Positions 13,701-23,130 of a DNA stretch of 64,000 nt are shown here, one piece after another. The notes beneath the pieces are model-generated. The model was not told where the DNA came from, did no database searches, and saw nothing but the letters and a program-made list of their open reading frames with translations. Numbering within the stretch: the stretch's first letter is position 1; each line of letters starts with the position of its first letter. Origin of the DNA: Haliotis rufescens (lineage: Eukaryota); NCBI RefSeq assembly GCF_023055435.1, contig NW_025963857.1, positions 23,312,001-23,376,000 on the forward strand, written 5' to 3'. Position numbers and translations under genes: made by a program.

Positions 13701-16700
13701 ATTCGCGTTATCTCGCACAAGCACATGACAAAGTCCACATGCGCTTCTCATTAGTGGCAGGTATTTACCGGCAACAATTCCAAGATGCTGATATGTTTAG
13801 CGATAGAAGCAATCTGTCATTTGAGAGAGCTGTGTGTTTGTTGTTGAAAAGACTTTATCATATTTACAGATAATTCTATTATACCTCACAGTATAACATC
13901 ACCACATATACTAGTACCTCAATATAGGGTAGTCATATACGTATCACTTTCGTAACAATTACAGAAGTGACATACAATAATTAATATCAACAAGAATAAA
14001 TGTCTGTGTGTAGTCTGATCAATGAGTGTCCTTTTTAAATAGGACCCTACTCTCAAAGCAGGGCAAGTTTTGTTTGTTTGTTGTTTAACGCCGCACTCAG
14101 CAATTTTCCAGCTATATGACGGCGGTCTGTAAATAATCGCGTCTGGACCAGACAGTCCAGTGATTGACATGAGCATCGATCTACGCAATTGGGATCGATG
14201 ACATGCATGAACCACGTCAGCGAACATGACCACCCGATCCCGTTAGTCGCCTATTACGACAAGCATAGTCGCCTTTTACGGCAAGCATGGGTTGCTGAAG
14301 ACCTATTCTAACCCGGATCTTCACGGGTCAGCAGGGCAAGTACCCTTGCTCTATTGGCATCTGTGACAAAAGAGCATCATCCTTATATACGTTCAGTATT
14401 CCATTGGTGTCAATGGTTAATGCAGATGTCGGTGTGCTTCCCAAATAAGCCAACAATTGTATCAAATTTTGCACATTTGTAAAAAGTATGAGGAGTTTTT
14501 TTCAAATATGTAATGTCAATAATAACAGAAACTAGAACTACAACTACTATATGAACGGGACACGGGTGGCCCAGTCGTCTAAGGCCCCGCAATTCGCTAT
14601 GACACAGCTGTGTCCCTAGGGCACGCCAGAAACCTAAGATCGTGGGTTCGAATCCCGTTTTTCACCAGTTATGTTTCTAGGTTTGTGAGCACCATACCCG
14701 TGATACCAATGAGGTAACGTCTGAAACCTGCATCACTCCAAACGACGCGGACACTGTTGGTATATGTATGAGAGGTACTGTTCGAATAAGGACTTGTCTT
14801 AAGACTAAAGTATAGTCCTTAATCTTGACATCCCTTTGTGTGTTTCTTCTTTCCAAACGCAGACACCTTCCTAATATTGTTTCGATCTGATAAGAGTCGA
14901 ATATAAATGCTACTCACAATGCTGAAAAATCCCAACGACTTCATTGTTTCCGTTTTCATGTCCTGCAAGAGATATTCATAAGATGATACATTTCAAATGC
15001 AATTCTTTTCAAAGTGTTTTGACATCAATATTATCGATTTAAGTAGGGAAAGTGAGAGTTTTATCGGTGTATTGCCATTTTTATCGACGACTGTTCATAT
15101 ATACTAACGGAAAAAGCAACTGTGTTTCATATAAAGTTCAATAAAAATAAATATATTCTGAAAATATATAATGTTTATCGAGACCCAATATTTTTGGAGA
15201 GGTTAAGTACAGCAGAGCAACACTCATGACTTGCCACGGGCCGGTCATCCACGTGTGACGTCACGTCAACCACATGCGGTTGGTGCATCTATGGAATCGG
15301 GACCAAGCTGCCACATTAACAGCTCGAGCAATCATGAGTAGAGACCAATTGGTGGAAGAACCGTACTGAAATGCTTGAGGGAGCACAACAAATAACCACT
15401 TATTATATTGTTATGTTCATTTGCACCACATTTTATGAAGCACAGCTATTTTTCCGTTAATATATGTTGAAATCAAAGGACAAGCCAGTGTGATTTGATG
15501 TATCATCCACTGCAATTATAAATATGAAATAGAACATTTGCCTTGATGTGAATGTTAAGGATCATATTGGTAATTATGATGTAAATTTGAACATTGAAAC
15601 CTAAAGTCAACACGGATAACCAAAGGAAAATAAGAAACAAGTATGTCTCCTTCTAGAGGCATTTAGAAGTTGGAGTACTAAGTAAGGATAAGATATATGG
15701 ACGAACAACTTTTTTATTACAGCGACGTTTCGGTGTAGGTTGTAACACCGTTATCAAGCAAGTGATGTACAGAGTATGGTTGGCAGGTATATATATATAC
15801 AGGATAGGAGGCAGAGTTTATACGGTTGAGGAGGTTTAAGATGCAGTTACACTGAAGTGGAGAAGCCGGTTATGAACACAGAAGGTAAAACATATTGGCC
15901 GATGAAGCCAGTAATGTAAACAAACAAAAGGATTATGACTGATTGGCGTCGTTGATGAGTTGGTGGTACGCCGGTGGTATGTAGCCTTGGTCACGGTTGA
16001 TTGATGGTTGGAGTCTTTTGATGTTGATGACTTCTTGTAGTTTGTTTTTTCTATTTTGAAGTGTTTGCGGTTCGTGGTGAGGGCTTTGACTTAATCCCAC
16101 TGGATGCTGTGGCTTAGGTTGTCACGGATATGGTCTGATAGAGCTGATTTAGAGTCATGTTTGGAGACAGAACTATGATGTTCCTTAATTAAAGTACATG
16201 TGTCTTATCCTTACTAAGTAATATCTCCGACGAATGCCATTATTCGACAAATGTAGGATGCATAAGATATGATTTAAGCCTGCCATTTAGATAAATGGGT
16301 GTGGTCCCAAGCCTTCGCATACAGTATCTTTGTCTGTTAACTGCATAGGTCCATTTAGAAGGAGTTATATTGTTCCGTGAGTGTGCAGAATATTTGAACA
16401 ATATTAAGTGACACCAGATGAAATGTAAATAACGTGTTCATAAGGGAAGCTGTGTGAATATGGCTATACACATGTAATGCTACCTGGAGAAATATACAAT
16501 ACTAGGGCCGATCATTTGACGTTCTTGGGAGTTGGGTGTGTGTAGGGGCTCTTGGATAATTCGTTTTCAAGTTTTACACACATAAAACAATCGGTGTAAT
16601 GGCACGGTGATTTTTATGAAAATAATGTATTGTGGTTAAAAAAAAATGTTTGTCTCTCCCTTTAAGACAAGAAGAGTGATGCCCGCCTCCAGCTCCAGGA

Positions 16701-18070
16701 TATTTAATATTCTTACTTAATACATGTAATTGCGAGTCAAGAGTCATGATCTGTTCGTGGAATTGTAAATTACGACTATCTTTCCGACTTACCAGACTCT
16801 GCATCTGTTCCATAACGAGCACTACGTTCACACTGATTGGCATGTCCTGGTCGTGTGTGGGCCTGATAAATACACTGTAGTTGTGGAACAAGGTGTTCAG
16901 TAGTCGGTGTGTATCTTCTTGAGACGCCGTGTCAACTGTAATAAAACAACATTTCAAAACAAAATGGACACACTGTATATTTCCTACACTGTTATGTTTG
17001 TTGATCATTGCGTAACATTAAAGTGTCAAGTTAAAGAGGCGTTATAAAAGTTTATTTAATGGTTTGTTTCTTGTTTATTGCCACAATCAACAATATTCAA
17101 GCTAAATGACAGTGGTCTGTAAATAATCGAGTCTGGACCAGACAATCCAGTGATTGACATCATGAACATCGATCCACGCAATTAGAATCGATGACATGCA
17201 TCAACCAAGTCAGCGAGCCTGACCACCTGATCCCGTTAGTCGCCTTTTGCGACAAGCATAGTCGCCTTTTACGGCAAGCATGGGTTGCTGAAGACCTATT
17301 CTAACCCGGATCTTCACGGGTCAGCAGGGCAAGTACCCTTGCTCTATTGGCATCTGTGACAAAAGAGCATCATCCTTATATACGTTCAGTATTCCATTGG
17401 TGTCAATGGTTAATGCAGATGTCGGTGTGCTTCCCAAATAAGCCAACAATTGTATCAATATTGTATATCAGCATCGGGGACATGCATCAACCAAGTCAGC
17501 GAGCCTGACAACCTTATACCGTTAGTCGCCTCTAACGACAAGCATTGGTTGCTGAAGACTAATTCTAACCCTGATCTTCATGGGATCGGTAAATGGAAGG
17601 AAGACAATGGTTTCCAGCTTACAGTATCCTACCCAGACATTTACTCCTGATATAAAACTCTCAGAACTGTGACTCCTGGACGAACATGGTGTTCTTTGAC
17701 AGCAGATCTTGGAACTGGTACCCAGGTGAGTGTAGTCATGATACAATTACTTCCCCACTTGTCATGAGTTGGAACACAGTTCTATGAACATATAAGGATT
17801 GTTTATCTTCCTTTAGTGTTCCAGGAATGAGTTCGAATCCAATCTGAAAAGGTCCATATTTACAAAACCAATCTCTTCTGGTTTTAAGGTACATTTATAC
17901 AGAATTGTTCCCTGGCGTCGATTGTTCCAATAGTTTGATAACCTGTCGGTAAAAAGACAGAAAAACAATTAGAGTTAAACGCTTTCGTAATCATTAGAAT
18001 GTTTAAGCTCACCTCCAAACTTGACCCATGATATGAGCGCTATAACCCTGGCCACATGTCGTATATCCAT
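7224..18070 (-). CDS. Cys-loop ligand-gated ion channel, nicotinic acetylcholine receptor-like non-alpha subunit, 410 aa; complement(join(7224..7561,9537..10075,11568..11677,14918..14962,16793..16935,18013..18070))
   Basis: Six exons with GT-AG boundaries and matching phases, 58+143+45+110+539+338=1233 nt. Putative signal peptide MDIRHVARVIALISWVKFG; RLLNTLFHNYSVFIRP; W-x-D-x2-L-x-W; IWTPD; Cys-loop CNVDITYFPFDTQVC; M1-M2 linker PADSGEK; four TM segments. The 45-nt and 110-nt exons match the conserved nAChR exon pattern. Confidence 0.93.
7731..7765. repeat. (CAT)11 microsatellite
   Basis: Direct read; source of the spurious poly-His ORF. Confidence 0.95.
8138..8417 (-). mobile_element. Full-length tRNA-derived SINE (long A-B box spacer family)
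   Basis: A box GGTGGCCCAGTCGTCTAAGGCGC, B box GGTTCGAATCCC, (ACTC)n tail, 13-bp TSD cgtcagtataaca. Related copies at ~14555-14740(+), ~8545-8790(-), ~6655-6835(-). Confidence 0.9.
9537..10075 (-). CDS. nAChR-like exon 5 (Cys-loop, M1, M2)
   Basis: ttgcag| acceptor, ORF 9529-10056 content, donor TTTG|gtacgt. Confidence 0.95.
10190..10865 (-). mobile_element. Penelope-like element 3' fragment (RT C-terminal region + 3' UTR)
   Basis: IKETSETASSVSYMD..KRDDFKFSIVNFPFLSSIPAAPGFGIYISQHLRYNRAC..QGY..FKKVYGRH, a motif series I recognise from invertebrate PLE RTs. Confidence 0.75.
10267..10373. mobile_element. 107-bp MITE, PIF/Harbinger-like, nested in the PLE 3' UTR
   Basis: ~30-bp TIRs ggcccacttgcacaaagcgatcttagcgctaa / ttagcgctaagatcgctttgtgcaaatgggcc; 3-bp TSD CAG at 10264-10266 and 10374-10376. 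Confidence 0.88.
10915..11215 (-). mobile_element. Second, more decayed 3' fragment of the same Penelope-like family
   Basis: Shares tcctccacatgtctac, ttttgaaagct, gtgagcgtatcctg and catgtttatgaatcac with 10190-10600. Confidence 0.75.
11568..11677 (-). CDS. nAChR-like exon 4 (110 nt)
   Basis: ctcag| TWMDEFLVWTPEEYGDVEYITYAANMIWTPDYVIDN |gtaagt. Confidence 0.92.
11790..12065 (-). mobile_element. Decayed SINE related to 1-195
   Basis: Reverse complement shares actgtgtctgag, catgttaaactgcggcatggt, cagtgRgcta, cgacgttaaaccc. Confidence 0.65.
12280..12442 (-). mobile_element. Short (~165 bp) tRNA-derived SINE
   Basis: GGTAGCCTAGTGG A box, GGTTCGATTCC B box, (ACTC)n tail, 12-bp TSD taaaatccaaga. 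Confidence 0.92.
13135..13374 (-). mobile_element. Headless SINE-like copy
   Basis: Same family; TSD acaacYaaagta; small internal deletion. Confidence 0.88.
14069..14329 (-). mobile_element. Full-length ~260-bp headless SINE-like retroposon with TGTCGTAAGAGGCGACTAA core (Nin-domain-like)
   Basis: 12-bp TSD agcagggcaagt; (AAAC)n tail; 5' end GACCCGTGAAGATCCGGG. Confidence 0.88.
14555..14740 (+). mobile_element. Partial copy of the 8138-8417 SINE family
   Basis: cacgggtggcccagtcgtctaaggc..cgccagaaacct..gtgggttcgaatccc..gtttctaggtttgt. Confidence 0.85.
14918..14962 (-). CDS. nAChR-like exon 3 (45 nt)
   Basis: ttgcag| DMKTETMKSLGFFSI |gtgagt; phase 0-0. Confidence 0.88.
15675..16221 (-). mobile_element. 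Penelope/Poseidon-like 3' fragment: decayed GIY-YIG C-terminus, hammerhead-like motif, inverted terminal segment
   Basis: IKEHHSSVSKHDSKSALSDHIRDNLSHSIQWD*..EVINIKRLQPSINRDQGYIPPAYHQL; CTTGATAA-CGGTGT..ACACC-GAAACGTCG; ~23-bp inverted repeat at the two ends. Confidence 0.8.
16793..16935 (-). CDS. nAChR-like exon 2
   Basis: ttacag| acceptor; VDTASQEDTHRLLNTLFHNYSVFIRPTHDQDMPISVNVVLVMEQMQSL; |gtaagt donor. Confidence 0.9.
17060..17587 (-). mobile_element. Composite headless SINE locus containing a copied segment from ~14.2-14.46 kb
   Basis: SINE 17060-17322, then unique flank identical to 14330-14465, then a second SINE half at 17480-17587. Confidence 0.85.
18013..18070 (-). CDS. nAChR-like exon 1 (start codon, signal peptide)
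   Basis: ATG at 18070; MDIRHVARVIALISWVKFG + G|gtgagc donor; phase 1 fits exon 2. Confidence 0.75.
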
Positions 18071-18894
18071 GATCTGTGTATCGTCTTGCCACTACGGTTT
18101 CCCAGTGAGGATGTGAATGGTCGTCTCTCAGTGCCTCGCTGTTGTGACTGGCATGAATAATAAAACCGATGGGGAAGCATTTCAAATGAACCGTTTACCG
18201 TCGCATAACAACTAACTATCAGACGGTGGCTTGTAAATATTTGACTTCGAGAGCATCAATCTGCACAATCCACAGTGCATATATAGTTATTGAATAGTGT
18301 AACGTTAGCTTCAAATGGATTCTGCTTTTAGCCGACATTTCATATGATTGCAGAAGGGTCTCTGTAGGTTTCACTTTGTCTGAAGCGCAAAAGTTGCGCT
18401 ATACCCTTGGCGCGCGCATTATAGTGCTGTCCGTTTGGTATTGTGTATGAAATCCTGAAATATGTGCATTATCAGTAAATATTTTTAAAACTCTCATTCA
18501 AATGTTTTATTGTGATAACGCGATTGAAAAGATTGGATTCAATAATGAAATTAATGTCATATTTACAGAAATGAAGTTAGGCTGACCATATATTCCCTCT
18601 ACCAGTCAATATTTCTGACAGAATACCAAACCTAAGGCGTTGCGGTTGTGAGGAAACCTTTTCATACATGACGTGGTGACTGTCAATGCTTTGACTGTAT
18701 GGACGTATACAGTGTAACACCGTCACATTGACTTTATTTAATACAACTTTGAAGGGAACATGATCACCAATAATGACCAATCTGAATTAATCATTGATCG
18801 TTATCATTCATATTCAAACAGGTTGAAAGAAACATTATTAATATATTTTGAATGATTGGGATAAATTTTAAAACTGAACTTGATACTTTCCAGT

Positions 18895-19145
18895 GAAGGT
18901 CTTCAGCAACCCATGCCTGCCGTAAATTGCGACTATGCTTGTCGTAAGAGGCGACTATCGGGATCGGGTGGTCAGATTCGCTGACTTGGTTGATGCATGA
19001 CATCGTATCCCAATTGCGTGGATCGATGCTCATGATGTCAATCACTAGACTGTCTGGTCCGTACGCGATTATTTACAGACCGCCGTCATATAGTTTGAAT
19101 ACTGATGAATGCGGCGTTAAACAACAAACAAACGAAACGAAAACG
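18895..19145 (+). mobile_element. Headless SINE-like copy, opposite orientation
   Basis: ggtcttcagcaacccatgc..gtcgtaagaggcgact..gcggcgttaaacaacaaacaaac. Confidence 0.88.
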
Positions 19146-19704
19146 AAACTTTTCTGTGACAGCCTCTGATGGATCGACACATCGCCTATCAATATTCAAG
19201 AGAAGTCAATGACTCTTCTGTCTATTTAACAAAGAAACATTTAAGCGGACAATTCCTCTGTTATACATGAAAGTCACTCCTGTCACAGAAGGGCGGTCTG
19301 TAAAAAAACAGAACGGTTGGTGAGATCATCAACAAAAATGACAAATGTGAAGAGCATGCTGTTCTAACTAACAATAAGAAGGTCCGTGAAGCCAGGCATA
19401 CTGACATATAATCAGCCCTGTTCCCCTGGTTTTCCAGTGCCTGAGCCCTGAATCTAACCGCCACAGAAGAACTTATCAAAGCAGAAGAAGACATTGTATA
19501 CCTTGTGCATTCTAATGCATGGTTTAAATCTAGATATGACATTAGCTAGCATGTGATCGCTGGAGAAAGTGCACGAATCGATCCAACTTTGCTTCCAGAT
19601 GAGCGACACAAAGCGGTAGAGGTTATTGTCAGTTACCACCTTGGGCTCCCTAGATCCAAAGTGATCATTGATGATTTTTAGTTTACCGCTTCCGTATTCT
19701 ACGT

Positions 19705-19934
19705 TGATTGGTTGTTTTACGCCACACTCAGCAATATTTCAGCTATGTGGCGGCGGTCTGTAAATAGTCGATTCTGGACCAGACAATCCAGTGATTGATA
19801 TCATGCGCATCAATCCACGCAATTGGGATCGATGACATGCATCAAACCAAGTTAGCGAGTCTGACCACCCGATCCCGTTAGTCGGCTTTTACGACAAACA
19901 TAGTCGCCTTTTACGGCACGAATGGGTTGGTGAA
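19705..19934 (-). mobile_element. Headless SINE-like copy
   Basis: Family identity; TSD gtattctacgt; a tail-only fragment also at ~24463-24542. Confidence 0.85.
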
Positions 19935-20229
19935 GTATTCTACGTGCTCTCCTGTTGAATGAAAGAACAGATTCCGCCAACCAAACATATGAAAACAACC
20001 AGCAACCTTTGAGTAATTCTTGGGAAATCTTCTTGTCTTCAGATCCTTAAACGTTATTACAAATTTATGTTTGGTTATTGGTAATTTTCCTCACTTGCTT
20101 ACCCCACAGAGCTTCTGTGCACTTTACACCATTGAACCCCAGCTCTGAATACCCATACACTGTAGGTTTTTTTGTTTTTTGTTTTTTTCTGTAGAAGGTT
20201 TGCGTTTCTCTTTCATGATCCTGTGATAG

Positions 20230-20400
20230 CGGTTTTCCGGATCTGATTTCTGTAGCACAAATGACACCTTTGTCAGTTGAGGAACGATGTCCATCATTAT
20301 GTGCAAGAAAGAAACAAATCTATAATCTGTGATGTGATCCAAGAAACACAGTGTTTCAACTTCTTGTATTTCTGCAAGTATTTGACTAGTGGTGCCCAAA
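20230..20400 (-). mobile_element. Decayed hAT-type transposase internal fragment
   Basis: FLDHITDYRFVSFLHIMMDIVPQLTKVSFVLQKSD resembles the hAT F..FL..M.D.L..L..LS..LQ helix; same strand and downstream of the 22940 fragment. Confidence 0.45.
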
Positions 20401-22524
20401 TGTGATATATAGCATAAAGTGCATCACAAAACGCGAGCCATCTGATTTCATAAATTTCGTGACCTTTAACTTGGGGCCATCAAATACTTACCAGATTATA
20501 TTAGTTTCATTAAAGCAGTTCTGTTTGCTGATTTTGGAACAATACAGATCCTGAAATCTATTCTCAAATGTATCCATTAGGTTTGATGGGAGGGAGTGTT
20601 TAAGCCTCTTTTAGCAATTCCAGGAATGTCACGGCAGAGAACACCAGAAATGACCTTACACATTGTAATCATGTGGGGACGACTAGAACCCGGGTATTCA
20701 GCGTGACGAGCGAATGCTTTGACCATAAGGCTACCCTACCCTAATTTATGATTCTGTCATCAAGGAAGCCCCGTCATTACCAAACCCGATGATGTTCTTT
20801 TCAGCAGGTACTGTATGATGATGTTAAGGATCTCAGCTGTGGAAGATGTACCTTCAACTGTAGCATTACCAATGATTGATGGAGTATGGTTTAACGTCGC
20901 CTTTAGCAGAGGCTTCAGAGGCTTTTAGAGATGGGCTTTACACACTTTACCCATGTTGGGAATCGAACCCTGGCCTTCGGCGCGACGAGCGAACGCATTA
21001 ACCTCCAGGCTACCAACCGCCCCCATTACCAACCAAATGGAAGCTATAAGAGTGTCAGCATCCAGTATTCTGGCCTACAGCACCATGGCGTTGGATATTT
21101 CGGTACTCCCAGAATACTGATGAATGGAGATGCACTTGCAGTTACGCCAGCTATGCTCTCTTGAAACAAATTAAACCAGTCATCGCTATTTACCAGGTTG
21201 CGATCTCGTTTTTTGTCTCCACTGCACCTCGTGGAGGCCGCGGTGAACAACTGACTGCACAACAGATAGGCAGACTGAACCACATACTTTACTGGAAAAT
21301 AGAACAAAAAGATATGGTTGGATCCTAGGCAATGTAAGCGGGCTCATTATATATTTATTTTTTTCGATCATCACGGGCACTGTGTCCGATTTCGCGAATT
21401 TTTTAAAGGAAAGGGGACAGTTTCGACTGTTTCATTTACGATGTCTTTAAAGTGCTCTGCAATAGTTATTGTACAATTAGGAGATAAACATACTGTGCTT
21501 TCAATGTAGAGCTAGGTTACCTGTAGATTTAACCGCGCTAAATTGAATTTGGAACCGAACGCGCTGCGTCACAGTCGTATATAGAAAAGCGCCCAAATTC
21601 CAAGCTCTCTGTTGTCTCCAAAACGTAAATACATTCCCTTTGTAGATTTTTATCGTGTTTTCTGCACGAAATGTATTGCCACACATCCTTTGAATATTGT
21701 AGTAACCGCATCTGTGGATATTGTAACCTGTAATTGTAGATATAATTATTTAGATATGCCTACCGACAATGACTGAAAAAAGTACTATTCTATGAATATT
21801 AGCTTCCGCGGTGATGCGGCCGTCAAACCATCTGTTTTAATCAGAGGGGGTTCATTGTGATTTAATAGCCTCTGATTGACCAATCAGAATCGAGTAAATT
21901 CCAAATTCATGGTAGAATGTTCTATATATGGTTCAAGTTGTCAAGAAATCTCGATAGACACATGCAGACCGCCATTTTGTTCTATATCCCATGGAAACCC
22001 GAATACAGTCGTCTTTCGTTATATACATTCACAGTACACCGACTGATTTGACTGGTCGTCATTTTTCGTGTTTCTTACGGTTTTATTTTCAGCTGAACAA
22101 TTGCCTTGCTTTTGCGTGTGTTTGTGGCGGATGCCACCGGCAGGATAGTTACGTTAACATTTTCGCGAAAAATATATAGATCTAGATGTTTGAATACTTA
22201 CTTTATGTATTTGTATTTTTTGTTTTATATCAAAAATATGTTTCGTTTTTGTTGAACATTCAAACCGTATTTGTTTGTTGTTGTTTTTTTATAGTAAAAA
22301 ATGAATAAATATTTACCTGATATTCCTCAACCTAAACCCTTGAATTGTAGGTTGCACTTTGACCCACAGTCATACTTTTGACACCAATTTCTTGACAAAC
22401 CAGGAAGTTGAGCAAAGAACGAAATTTCAGCGATGCTACATTGTTTGGACCAGCCACTCCACACCTTCAAACGCACGTATAATCGCATCAGATCGTTTTT
22501 AAAACGCATATTCTGTGACCTGTC

Positions 22525-22695
22525 AGTGAGTGAGCGAGTGAGTTTGGTTTTACGCCGCTTTTAGCAATATTCCAGTAATATCACGGCGGGGAACACCAGA
22601 AATGGGCTTCACACATTGTACCCATGTCGGGAATCGAACCCGGGTCTTCGGCGTGACGAGCGAACGCTTTAACCACAAGGCTACCCGACCGCCCC
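22525..22695 (-). mobile_element. Short tRNA-derived SINE, same family as 12280
   Basis: Near-identical to 12280-12442; imperfect TSD gtgacctgtcag/gtgaggtgtcag. Decayed relatives at ~1850-1925, ~2660-2750, ~20590-20720, ~20880-21025. Confidence 0.9.
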
Positions 22696-22709
22696 GTGAG
22701 GTGTCAGAG

Positions 22710-22896
22710 TATGGCACTCCGGACAGGTGAAAACCCTCTTTAGATTTTGCAATATCGTTTTAATTTCGCAAGACCTTTTTAAAGTTTGCTTTGTCATGCG
22801 AAGTTTAAACATGTGTTGCGAAGTTTAAAAGGTTTTGCGAACTTTAGAAATATCTTGTGAATTCAAAGAGGGTTTCGACACGTCTGGTGTGCCATA
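22710..22896. mobile_element. ~190-bp fold-back MITE-like element
   Basis: Imperfect long inverted arms tatggcactccggacaggtgaaaaccctcttt / aaagagggtttcgacacgtctggtgtgccata; inner ttcgcaagacctt/aaggttttgcgaa. Confidence 0.7.
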
Positions 22897-22939
22897 TTAG
22901 AGCATTTAAGTTTCCACTAAGTTTCATGTCCTCATTTGG

Positions 22940-23130
22940 TCGTTAGTGTTCCGACACTTCAACATTTCTGTCCCGAGTTGTTGTTTGAAAATTGGCATTT
23001 CCACGTGTAAATGCGTTATATTTTTTCCTGTTCTCAAGCACAAAATGCACACAATGTCTCCGTTATCGTTTTGTTCTAACCAAGGGTGAGTTTTCGTCAC
23101 GTCAGTGACAAACCGTACTTTCGTTTCTTT
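22940..23130 (-). mobile_element. Decayed hAT-type (ZNF862/C17orf113-like) transposase zinc-finger fragment
   Basis: RFVTDVTKTHPWLEQNDNGDIVCILC, then after a frameshift NAFTRGNANFQTTTRDRNVEVSEH; motif recognition only. Confidence 0.45.

Noticed and set aside
21780-21915. Palindrome tctgattgaccaatcaga and a possible non-autonomous element (also a candidate element at ~9080-9480)
   Set aside because: Boundaries and family cannot be established without a repeat-library search
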